DNA of 64,000 bases from an uncultured bacterium (GTDB lineage Bacteria > Armatimonadota > Hebobacteria > CAIYQO01). Below the pieces are notes generated by a model. It did no database searches. It had not been told where the DNA came from and saw nothing but the letters and a program-made list of their open reading frames with translations. Below are positions 51,001 to 60,060 of this stretch, piece by piece. The translations under genes were made by a program, and so were the position numbers. The DNA is taken from NCBI GenBank assembly GCA_964590255.1, contig CAZPYA010000015.1:2085-66084 (forward strand). The letters are read 5' to 3'. Numbering within the stretch: position 1 is the stretch's first letter; every line of letters starts with the position of its first letter.

Positions 51001-51966
51001 ATGGCCGACGAACTGCCGGACGGAGAAGGCTACGCCGAGGCGCTGCGCCACGAGCCGGTGATGCGGGATGCGGTGTTGCAGTTCCTCGATCCGCAGCCGG
51101 GCGAGACGATTGTGGACTGCACGCTGGGCGGCGGGGGACACGCGCTGGAGATTTGCCGGCGGATCGGTCCCACCGGGCATCTGATTGGTTTTGACCAGGA
51201 CGCGCAAGCGCTGGAGACGGCGCGGCGCCGGTTGCAGGGATTCCCGGTCACCTATATACACGATAACTTTCGGAACCTTGAAAAACGCATACAGTCCCTT
51301 GATCTCCGCGGAGCGGACGGGTTTGTGTTCGACCTCGGCGTCTCGAGCTTCATGCTTGACAACCCCGAGCGCGGCTTCAGCTTCATGCACGATGCTGAAC
51401 TCGACATGCGCATGGATCGGCGCATCCCGACTACCGCCGCGGACGTGCTTAGCCGGCTTAGTGAACAGGAAACGATGACACTGTTTACCGAGTCCGGCTA
51501 TGACAGACGGTGGGCGAGACGACTTGCCCGGGCGATCATCGCAACACGACAGCACACTCCCATTACCCGTACCCGTCAATTCGCAGAACTTGTCGCCAAA
51601 ACGATCCCAGCCGGTGCGCGCAGTCACCATCCCGCAACCCTCGCCTTTCAGGCCTTGCGCATGAAGGTGAACGATGAACTGGGCGCACTATCTACAGCCC
51701 TCACTGCCGCAGTTCACTGCAGTAACATCGCCGCACGAGTCGTCGCAATCTCATTTCACTCTCTCGAAGACGGAATCGTGAAACGCACATTCCGTTACCT
51801 GTCTGGGAAGCGTCTCCCCCCGTCTGATCCCTACGCGCCGGACGAGCCGGCGCCACCGACTCTGGTGTCGATATTGACACCCAAACCGCTGACCCCGACG
51901 CCTGTCGAGGTAAAGCGGAATCCACGCGCCCGCAGCGCCAAGCTGCGCGCCGTGGAGCGCGTGTGA
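51001..51966 (+). CDS. rsmH: 16S rRNA C1402 methyltransferase
   Basis: HEPVM, DCTLGGGGH, DLGVSS, FQALRMKVNDEL, ISFHSLED, NPRARSAKLR. Confidence 0.96.
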   Translation: MADELPDGEGYAEALRHEPVMRDAVLQFLDPQPGETIVDCTLGGGGHALEICRRIGPTGHLIGFDQDAQALETARRRLQGFPVTYIHDNFRNLEKRIQSLDLRGADGFVFDLGVSSFMLDNPERGFSFMHDAELDMRMDRRIPTTAADVLSRLSEQETMTLFTESGYDRRWARRLARAIIATRQHTPITRTRQFAELVAKTIPAGARSHHPATLAFQALRMKVNDELGALSTALTAAVHCSNIAARVVAISFHSLEDGIVKRTFRYLSGKRLPPSDPYAPDEPAPPTLVSILTPKPLTPTPVEVKRNPRARSAKLRAVERV

Positions 51967-52219
51967 CAGGCGGAGACCCGTCTCCGCCCGCCGGGATCAG
52001 TCCCGGCGGACCGTTATATGGAATATTCGCGTGAGAAGGCGTATTCCCCTTCCACGCCCCAGGAGTGTTGACGGCCGTTTTCCGGTCGTGGCGACATGCC
52101 GCGGGGAGCCAGAGGGTCACCTCGGCCACACCGCAACGGATTTCAGCCCCCATTTTGTCGGCGTTTTTGCGCCTCGCAGCCCGATAACCGCACCGATTTT
52201 CTCGTCCGAGGTGACCGTT

Positions 52220-52720
52220 ATGGCATTAGCACAACGCAACACAGACTGGAATGTTCCGCAGCCGCCGCAGCCGCGCATCGCGCGACCGAGCGGACGCACG
52301 CGCGCCGCGCGCCGTCCCGCCGTCGTGCTCTGGCAGCGGCCGCTGGCGCTCGTCGGCCTCACCCTGGCGCTGGTGGCGGCGGTGATGTCATTCATCCGCT
52401 GCAGCGACTGCATCGCGCAGCGCGACCTGCGCGCCCAGACGCTGCGTCAGCGTCTCACCCAGCTTGACCGCACCTATGTGCAGCTCAACCTGGAGTTGAA
52501 CCGCATGGCGGCTGAACCGATGTTGTCGAAGAGCGCTCAGGCCAACGGCCTGGTGCTGCCCGACGCGACCCAGATTCACTATACCCGCGTGGTGGGTATC
52601 CTCCCCCAGGAGACCATTGCGCAGGCCGCGCCGGCGAAGACCTGTCCGACCCTGATGGCCAATATCCGCGGGTTCTGGCAACGGCTGATGCCGACCCAGC
52701 CGGCGTACGGCCAGAACTGA
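52220..52720 (+). CDS. ftsL: FtsL-like cell division protein
   Basis: Between rsmH and PBP; single TM, coiled coil, A...GL..P; GAGGTG SD. Confidence 0.7.
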   Translation: MALAQRNTDWNVPQPPQPRIARPSGRTRAARRPAVVLWQRPLALVGLTLALVAAVMSFIRCSDCIAQRDLRAQTLRQRLTQLDRTYVQLNLELNRMAAEPMLSKSAQANGLVLPDATQIHYTRVVGILPQETIAQAAPAKTCPTLMANIRGFWQRLMPTQPAYGQN

Positions 52721-53010
52721 TGCGGGCGGCGGCATCGCCGCTACGGCACATGTCGCAACATCCCTCATCCCGGTGAGGGATGTTGCCATTCACAATGGAT
52801 GCGCCGGCCTTCCCGCTCGTGCCGTGTCCCCGGATGGCGTTGGCGGGTGAAGACGCATACAGGAGATATGCCGATGACGTGTTACGCTCCCTCCTCCGGC
52901 CTCGCGCCCACTGCTGGGCGCGGGGGGATGCCGGGAGACGGTCGTCGACAGCAGGTATCCGGTCACAGACGAGGATAAGGACGAGGATGAGTCGCGGGGG
53001 GACAGGCGCC

Positions 53011-55548
53011 ATGGCCAGCGGGCTTTCGGGGATCAGTAAACATTTACGCACCATCCGGCAGAATGCCGCGCGCTGGTGCGTGCTGTTACTCGGCATCTTC
53101 GGGGCGCTGCTGGTGTATTTCTTCCACCTGCAGGTGCTGCAGCACCGCGCGATGCTGGAGAGAGCGAAGAAGTACCACGCGCGCACCGTGCCCCTGCCCG
53201 CCGCCCGCGGGCGCCTGCTCGACCGCAACCTCACCGTGCTGGCGCTGGACGACCGCCGGCTGTCGCTCTATGCCGACCCCACGCTCATCCAGAATCCCGC
53301 CTTCATCGCCAAACAACTGGCGCCGGCCATCAACGTGCCGGAGCAGGAGCTGTACGACCTCTTCACCCAGCCGTGCGCGCGCATCTGGCTGAAGCGCGAC
53401 ATCACCCGGTCAGTAGCCGAGCAGGTGAAGGCGGCGGCCTTGCCCGGCGTCACCGTGAAGGTGGATGGCTGGTGTTATGCCGTCACCATCACCCCAGAGC
53501 GCCTGCCGCACAGCAGCGGCGTAGCCGCGCAGCTCGCGAAGGCGCTGCGCCTCTCGCGCGAGACGCTGGTGACGCAGATCGGCGACCCGGAGATCGAGCC
53601 AGAGGACGCCGTAGAGCCCGCCGCCCCGCCGCCTCCGGGCGCCCCGAAGCCGAAACCAGAGATGAAGAAGCTGAAGGGGTTGTTCCCGGAAGGCTGCCGC
53701 CGGGCGGTGGAGGAGCTGCACTTCAGCGGCGTCGCCTTCAAAAAGGTGATGGAGAATTACTCCGTGGAGGTGAGTCCGCGCGTGTTTCTGGCGAAGGAGC
53801 AGCCGCGAGACGCCGAGCCGGTGGCGCGCGCGCTGGCGCCGCTGCTGCGGATGACGCCGGACGCGGTGATGGATTACCTGCAGTTCCGCCAGCGCTTCGT
53901 GTGGGTGAAGCGCGGCATGTCCGAGGCGATGCTACAGCGCGTGCAGCGCCTGCAGGGCGCGATGTTCGTGGTAGAGCCCGGCAAGGTAATGACGGAGCTG
54001 CCCGAGGACACCACCGCCGAAGCGGCCATGGACAGCGCCGTGAAAGAACTCGACCATGTGCTGAACCGTCTGACGCGTCCGCGCAACAGTCCACCGGTGA
54101 TCACCCCCCGCGCCATCCGCGACGCGCTGCAGCCCGGCACCCAGCCCGGGGTGCTGTACCAGGGCGAGTCGTCGCTGAAGATTGTCCGCTACATGTATTA
54201 CAAACCCATCCCCGGGGTGATGTATGGCCTGCCGGGGGTAAGCGTGCAGCAGGAGCGCCGTCGCTATTACCCGTACAACACGATGGCCTCCGCCACGCTG
54301 GGGCTGGTAAAATACGGCACGAATGGCGCCTACGGTGTCTTCGGCCTGGAGGCGTCGCAGAACGAGACACTGCATGGCACGGACGGTAGCGAAGAAAAGG
54401 AGATCGACGGGCGCCAGTTGACCATCCCCGAACGCAGCCGCCGCACCGAGCCGGTAAACGGCCGCGATGTGGTGCTCACCCTCGATCTGCACATCCAGCA
54501 AGTGGCGGAGCGCGCGGTGATGGCGGCGGTGGAGAAATACGGCGCCAAACACGGCACCTGCATTGTCGTCGATACCAGCAACGGCGAGGTGCTGGCGCTG
54601 GCCACCTGGCCCGCGTGGGACGCCAACGCGCCGTCCAAAAGCAAGATGGGGCTGATCAACAACGCTATCAGCAACGTGTATGAGCCAGGCTCGACGTTCA
54701 AGCTGGTTGCGGCGACGGCGGCATTGGAGGAAGGCATCGGCCACGACCACGTGCCGGTGACGAACTGTCGCGGGTCGCTGGTGGTGGGGGGCAGCAGGCC
54801 GATCAGCGACGCCCACGGCGCGCATGGACCCACCGATCCGGGCCGCATGCTGGAAGTGTCCTGCAACATCACCGCGGCCACCCTGGCGATGAAGCTGGGC
54901 CCGGAACGCTTCCGCGACTGGTGCAAGAAGCTCAATTTCAGTACGCGCACGGGCATCGAGCTGTCCGGCGAGGCGCGCGGCCGCCTCAACGCGGAGGAAC
55001 TGCACAAAAACGCCACGCTCGCGCGCATGGGCTTTGGGCAGAGCCTGAACGTGACGCCGCTACAAATGGTGAGTGCCTACGCGGCAATCGCCAACGGCGG
55101 CGTCTGGCATCAGCCGCACCTGGTGAAAGGCTACGTCGACCAGCAGGGTAACGTGCAGGACGTGACGACGCCGAACCACCAGGTCTGTTCTGAGGCGAAC
55201 GCGAAGCTGCTGCGCGGCTACCTGGAGCGCGTGGTGAGCGCGCCGCACGGCACCGGCGGCAACGCGAAAATCCCCGGCTATCTCGTCGCCGGCAAAACCG
55301 GAACCGCGCAAAAAGCCCTGGGCGGCGGGCGACGCGGCTATAGCGGCTACATCGGATCGTTCGTCGGCTTCCTGCCCGCCGACAAACCCCGGTTGGCCAT
55401 CGTCGCCGTCATTGACGAACCCAGCAAAGCCGGATACTACGGCGGCACGGTGGCGGCGCCGGTGTTTCAGGAAGTGGCGCGCAACTGCCTGGAGTATTTG
55501 AATATCTCACCCAGCCGGCCGGTACATCCGGCGCCCGCGCGCCCGTAG
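53011..55548 (+). CDS. ftsI: Class B penicillin-binding protein (FtsI/SpoVD-like) with expanded pedestal domain
   Basis: RGRLLDRN, RRYYP, GLE, STFK (SxxK), SCN (SxN), KTGTAQ. Confidence 0.9.
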   Translation: MASGLSGISKHLRTIRQNAARWCVLLLGIFGALLVYFFHLQVLQHRAMLERAKKYHARTVPLPAARGRLLDRNLTVLALDDRRLSLYADPTLIQNPAFIAKQLAPAINVPEQELYDLFTQPCARIWLKRDITRSVAEQVKAAALPGVTVKVDGWCYAVTITPERLPHSSGVAAQLAKALRLSRETLVTQIGDPEIEPEDAVEPAAPPPPGAPKPKPEMKKLKGLFPEGCRRAVEELHFSGVAFKKVMENYSVEVSPRVFLAKEQPRDAEPVARALAPLLRMTPDAVMDYLQFRQRFVWVKRGMSEAMLQRVQRLQGAMFVVEPGKVMTELPEDTTAEAAMDSAVKELDHVLNRLTRPRNSPPVITPRAIRDALQPGTQPGVLYQGESSLKIVRYMYYKPIPGVMYGLPGVSVQQERRRYYPYNTMASATLGLVKYGTNGAYGVFGLEASQNETLHGTDGSEEKEIDGRQLTIPERSRRTEPVNGRDVVLTLDLHIQQVAERAVMAAVEKYGAKHGTCIVVDTSNGEVLALATWPAWDANAPSKSKMGLINNAISNVYEPGSTFKLVAATAALEEGIGHDHVPVTNCRGSLVVGGSRPISDAHGAHGPTDPGRMLEVSCNITAATLAMKLGPERFRDWCKKLNFSTRTGIELSGEARGRLNAEELHKNATLARMGFGQSLNVTPLQMVSAYAAIANGGVWHQPHLVKGYVDQQGNVQDVTTPNHQVCSEANAKLLRGYLERVVSAPHGTGGNAKIPGYLVAGKTGTAQKALGGGRRGYSGYIGSFVGFLPADKPRLAIVAVIDEPSKAGYYGGTVAAPVFQEVARNCLEYLNISPSRPVHPAPARP

Positions 55549-55782
55549 AATTTCCCGCATCCCCGCCCCCTCTCCTCGAGGAGCGGGGGCGGAGAGTGAG
55601 CGTCGTGGCGTGTCATTGTGACCGCCAGTTGTCAGAAAATACCCCCCGCTCCGCATGGAGATCGCACACCGGTGTGTCGATGCCAGCCCACGCAAGTTTG
55701 CCGCGCCGTGTGCCGGGAACACCGGAATTATTGAGACGGACAGAGACGTTGCAGATTTATGTGGATGACGGGGTATGCCGAC

Positions 55783-56649
55783 ATGGGGGGACATCGCACA
55801 ATAGCAGTGCCACAGGATGCGGTTATGGATAGGCCGGCCGCGCGGCCATCGGCAGCATCCCTCGCGCCGCCGTTCCAGATCGAGAATGTGCTCCCGTCTC
55901 CTGTCGCCGACCAGACGGCGGCCTGCCTGGTCGATGTGGCCGAGACATGCGCCATGCGGCTGCTGCAGCACGGTATCTTCTCCAATATTTCCCACGAACT
56001 GCTTACGCCGTTGACCGCCATCCGCGGTTATCTCTCGCTGCTGGTGCAGGGGCAACTCGGCACGCTGGATCCGGAACAGGAAGCCGCGGTTCACGTGGCA
56101 TTGTCCAATACCGATCGGCTGCACAGCATGATTGGCGATCTGCTCGACTACGCCTCGATTACCCGCGACCGGCTGGTGCTTGCCCGCGAGCCCGTCGAGC
56201 TGGCCGAGGTGGTGACCGGGGCGGTGCAGCGCGCGTCAACGGCCGCCACCGCCCGGCAGGTGCAGCTCGCCGCGCGCGTGTCCGCCACCGTGGGCGTGGT
56301 GCAGGGCGACCGCCGGCGGCTGGCGCGCCTGGTGGAGCACCTGCTGGATAACGCCATCAAGTTCAGCGCCGCGGGCCAGCAAGTCTCGGTGACGCTGGGG
56401 CGCAGCGGGGGCCAGGCGCGGCTGGTGGTGCGCGACGCCGGCGTCGGCATGTCCGCCGAGATCCTGCGGCACGCCGAGTTCCCCTTCATACAGGAAGAGC
56501 ACGGCCTGGCGCGTCAGTATACCGGCATCGGTATCGGCCTGCCGCTGGCGCAGAAACTGGTGACGCTGCACGGTGGGCAACTGCGCATCCGCAGCGTCCG
56601 CAACCGCGGCACCACGGTGACGGTGCTGCTGCCCCTGCGGCTTCAGTAA
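55783..56649 (+). CDS. Histidine kinase with no recognisable sensor domain
   Basis: SHELLTPL, LLDNAIKFS, DAGVGM, GIGIGL; start uncertain. Confidence 0.85.
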   Translation: MGGHRTIAVPQDAVMDRPAARPSAASLAPPFQIENVLPSPVADQTAACLVDVAETCAMRLLQHGIFSNISHELLTPLTAIRGYLSLLVQGQLGTLDPEQEAAVHVALSNTDRLHSMIGDLLDYASITRDRLVLAREPVELAEVVTGAVQRASTAATARQVQLAARVSATVGVVQGDRRRLARLVEHLLDNAIKFSAAGQQVSVTLGRSGGQARLVVRDAGVGMSAEILRHAEFPFIQEEHGLARQYTGIGIGLPLAQKLVTLHGGQLRIRSVRNRGTTVTVLLPLRLQ

Positions 56650-56730
56650 TACGCGCCTCATGCCGTTCTCCCTTTCCGGCAGGTAAATCGCTCGCGAATC
56701 GGGTATATTACTGTATCCTGGTCGCGTCTT

Positions 56731-58608
56731 ATGCTCATCCGTCTTTCCTGGATACTCGGATACTGCCGCCCGCTGTGGGTTGCCGGCTGCCTGCTGGCGG
56801 CGTTGTGCTGCCTGGCCGGCCCGCTGACGCCTGAACGCCGGCCAGCGCTGTTGCCGCTGGATGGCGGGTGGGCCAGCGAGCTGCGCATGGCGGATGGCGC
56901 GGTGGTGCAGGCGACGCTGCCGCTGCCGCATCGCTGGGAGCCGACTACGATTTCCGCTGTCTACCGGCACGACGTCACTTTCACTGCTGAAGCCGAGGCG
57001 ACGGGCGCGTGGCTGGCGGTGCAGCACCCCGTCGGCATCCTGGAAGTGCGCCTGGATGACCGGCTGCTGGAGACGCACCTGGGCAACGGCCTCACCTACC
57101 GATGGCGCCTGCGCGGCGCGGCGGGGCCGCACCGGCTAGAGCTGCGCCTGACCCGCGAGCATCTGCCCGAGGCGCTGGCTGCCGCGGCATGCGGCCTGGG
57201 GCCGGTGACGGTGGAGCCGGTGCCGCCCGCCATCTTCCTCTCCCTGTCCACGGAATTCAACGCCACGCTGCGCACGGTGACGGTGCATTACCGGGCGGCG
57301 TCGGCCGAGCCGGAAACGGTGACGCTGAAGCTGCGCCTGCTGGCGCCGGGCGAGCGACGGCCGGCGCTGGAAACCAGCGTGCCGGTGGCGCTGACCTCTG
57401 AAGGATTGACCGGCAGCCGCACGGTGCGGCTGAAGCAGTTTCAAGCGTGGTCGCCCGATCACCCGGCCATCTACACGCTGCAGGCCAGCCTGGTGCGCGG
57501 CAGCCGCGTCTACGACCAATGGGAGTTGCCGTGCGGCCTGTGCGCGCTGACCGTCACCAGCAGCGGCGCCTGGCTGAATGGCCAGCCGATTACGCTGAAA
57601 GGCTTGCGCATCCGTGGCGGCCTGCCGCCGCTGGGGGGTGGCGACATCGCCGACACGCTGGAGCGCGAGCTGCGTCTGGCCAAACAGGCGGGTTTCAACG
57701 CGCTGATGGCGGAAGGCGCGGCGCTGCCGGAAGAGGCGCTGGCGCTGGCGAACCGGCTGGGGCTGCTGGTGATCGCCGACGTGCCGCCCACCTGGTCAGA
57801 ACCCGGCGCCTCTACGCTGCGCCCGGATCTCGCTACCATAGTGGCCGAGTTGGGGCACCATCCCTGCGTGGCGGCGTGGAGCTGGGCGGAATCCGGTATG
57901 CTGCAGCAGAACCTTACTGCGCTGCGCGCCGTGGATCGCGCGCGCTCGGCGCTGGTGCGCGCGGGCGTCCAGTCGCAAGTCTATGGGCCGTTCGTGGCGC
58001 TGGGCAAACCGGTCGCCGATATCGACACCAGCGGGCAGCCGCTGGTCGGTGGCGGCTGGGCCGATCTGCTGGCGAAAGCGGAAGGCGGCAAGCAGCCACT
58101 GCTGGTAAGCGGGCTGGGCGGCAGCGCGGAGGCGGTGTCGCCGGTGCAGTTGAGCGCTGACGTGGCGGCGGTGCGCCGCACGGCGGTGCCGCTGGGCTAC
58201 TTCATCCGCCCGCTGGCGGGCCCCACGCTCACCGGCCTGGGCGACGAACATGGCACGCCCACCCGGCTGTTCGTCACCGCCGCCACCTGCAACCAGCCGT
58301 GCATCCTCATTCTGCGTCCGGGAAAGAGCGCCGCGGACAATCCGGGCCTGGCGCTGGACGCCGTGATCATCAACGACCAGTCGCTGACGGGGAATTACCG
58401 CCTGTTCGGCCTGGTCGTCGCCCCCGATGCATCGACCGCGCTCATCGACCGCGCCATCACCCTCACCGGCGCGCGGGTACAGCCTATCACCCCGCTGGCC
58501 GGCATGCTCTTCCCGCAATATGGCGATTACCGCATCCAACTGGCGCTCGCCGACGGCGAAACGATCCTCACCTCGGCGTTGCTGACGGTGACGGTGGAGG
58601 AGCGCTGA
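56731..58608 (+). CDS. Divergent GH2-like secreted protein
   Basis: LDGGW, WSPDHPAIYTL, LNGQPITLKG, KQAGFNA, GLLV, HPCVAAWS. Confidence 0.7.
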   Translation: MLIRLSWILGYCRPLWVAGCLLAALCCLAGPLTPERRPALLPLDGGWASELRMADGAVVQATLPLPHRWEPTTISAVYRHDVTFTAEAEATGAWLAVQHPVGILEVRLDDRLLETHLGNGLTYRWRLRGAAGPHRLELRLTREHLPEALAAAACGLGPVTVEPVPPAIFLSLSTEFNATLRTVTVHYRAASAEPETVTLKLRLLAPGERRPALETSVPVALTSEGLTGSRTVRLKQFQAWSPDHPAIYTLQASLVRGSRVYDQWELPCGLCALTVTSSGAWLNGQPITLKGLRIRGGLPPLGGGDIADTLERELRLAKQAGFNALMAEGAALPEEALALANRLGLLVIADVPPTWSEPGASTLRPDLATIVAELGHHPCVAAWSWAESGMLQQNLTALRAVDRARSALVRAGVQSQVYGPFVALGKPVADIDTSGQPLVGGGWADLLAKAEGGKQPLLVSGLGGSAEAVSPVQLSADVAAVRRTAVPLGYFIRPLAGPTLTGLGDEHGTPTRLFVTAATCNQPCILILRPGKSAADNPGLALDAVIINDQSLTGNYRLFGLVVAPDASTALIDRAITLTGARVQPITPLAGMLFPQYGDYRIQLALADGETILTSALLTVTVEER

Positions 58609-59608
58609 ACGCCTCGTAGTCGTCCAGCATCGCCCGCAGCAGCGCCGGCGTGTCCAATCCGTAGGGGCAGTGGGCGCGGCAGTGGCCGCAGTCGGCGCAG
58701 TCGCGGATGCGGGCCATGTTGGCGCGCCAGGCGTCGGTGAGGAACTGCTGGGCGGGCATGCGGCGCAGCAGCAGTTTCATGCGGGCGGCCATGGGGATGG
58801 GGATGCCCGCCGGGCAGGGCAGGCAGTAGCCGCAGGCGCGGCAGAAAGCGCCGGCCAGCTCCGCGCGGTCGCGTTCGATGGCGGCCTGCACGGCGTCGTC
58901 CAGCGCGGGCGGGTTCGCGTCCAGCGCCAGCATCTCCTCCAACTCCTCCATCCGCTGCATGCCCCAGATAGGCACCAGGTTCTCGTATTGCCGCAGGAAG
59001 GCGAAGGCGGTGCGGGCTTCGGTGAGCAGGCCGCCGCAGAGCGGCTTCATGCCGATGAGGCCGACATCCTGCCGCCGGCAGCGCTCGATGACCGCCAGGT
59101 CGCCGGCGTCGGAGATATGGCTGATGGGGAACTGCAGCGTGTCATACCGGCCGGAGTCCACCGCGGCGACGGCGCGCTCCAGGCTGTGGTTCGTCACCCC
59201 CAGGAAGCGGATTTTCCCCTGCTCACGCGCCGCCAGCAGGCCGGCGTAGGAAGACTCCGGATCGTCAGGATCCGGCAGCGGGCCGGGGTTGTGCAGTTGC
59301 AAAATGTCGACGTAGTCGGTGCGCAGGTTGCGCAGGCTGGTCTCCAGGTCGGCCAGCACCCCGGCGCGGGTGGTGGCCATGCTCTTCGTGGCGATGATGA
59401 TGCGGTCGCGCACGTCATGCAGCGCCGCGCCGATCTTCTCCTCGCTGTCGGAATACGCCCGCGCGGTATCGTAAAAGTTGATGCCGGCGTCGAACGCCCG
59501 CCGCAGGATGCGCGTCGCCTCCGCCGGCTCGGTGCGCTGCAGCGGCAGCACGCCGAAGGCGGTGCGGGTGACCATGAGGTTGGTTGTACCAAGGCGGGTG
59601 AGTTGCAT
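58568..59608 (-). CDS. Aldo/keto reductase with C-terminal Fe-S cluster domain
   Basis: GINFYDTARAY, IATK, DILQLH, CRACGYCLPCP, CADCGHCRAHCP. Confidence 0.92.
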   Translation of the reverse strand: MQLTRLGTTNLMVTRTAFGVLPLQRTEPAEATRILRRAFDAGINFYDTARAYSDSEEKIGAALHDVRDRIIIATKSMATTRAGVLADLETSLRNLRTDYVDILQLHNPGPLPDPDDPESSYAGLLAAREQGKIRFLGVTNHSLERAVAAVDSGRYDTLQFPISHISDAGDLAVIERCRRQDVGLIGMKPLCGGLLTEARTAFAFLRQYENLVPIWGMQRMEELEEMLALDANPPALDDAVQAAIERDRAELAGAFCRACGYCLPCPAGIPIPMAARMKLLLRRMPAQQFLTDAWRANMARIRDCADCGHCRAHCPYGLDTPALLRAMLDDYEAFSAPPPSPSATPR

Positions 59609-59824
59609 GACTATAGTATAGCATCATCGCCCGCAAGGCGTGCGGGAGACGCGCTCTGCAACCGGCTCAAACACGAAAATGGTGCGCATGAGCCTGCCCA
59701 GCCCAACTACTACCGTGTAAAGTAAATATTGACAGAAAACTACGCGGGATGGATTCGACCGCCGCCGTATAGCAGTCTGCCAATCACTCTGACAAAATTG
59801 CACTCTTTCGCCCCCGTATTGAGC

Positions 59825-60060
59825 TTGACAACCGCATCTGTCGATAGTACAGTTAGATATCGTATCGAGAAAGGAGACGCAACATGTTCGCGATGGTCAT
59901 TGCTGCCGGGCCCCTGGTGTGTCTCCTGGACGGGTGTGCGTAGGCCGTGTGCGGCTGAATTCGCGCAGGTATCCCGCCGTGGGCGCGCCAAGGGGCGACT
60001 CCCACGGCGTTGTGTTTGGTCCGGCTCGCCGGACACGTATGCAAAAACAGGATACCTGAA
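59825..60060 (+). promoter_or_regulatory. Putative leader-peptide attenuator upstream of rsgA
   Basis: TTGACA-N17-TACAGT; AAGGAG SD; uORF 59884-59943; terminator-like hairpin 59975-60009 + T-rich tract; 59966-59974 complementary to 60050-60058. Confidence 0.65.
59884..59943 (+). CDS. Putative leader peptide MFAMVIAAGPLVCLLDGCA (19 aa)
   Basis: Strong SD AAGGAG 7 nt upstream, directly after a good promoter. Confidence 0.55.
   Translation: MFAMVIAAGPLVCLLDGCA

Noticed and set aside
52720-53010. Long ftsL-ftsI spacer with a 13-bp hairpin (GCAACATCCCTCA/TGAGGGATGTTGC) as a possible ncRNA
   Set aside because: Single hairpin with no recognisable RNA family features
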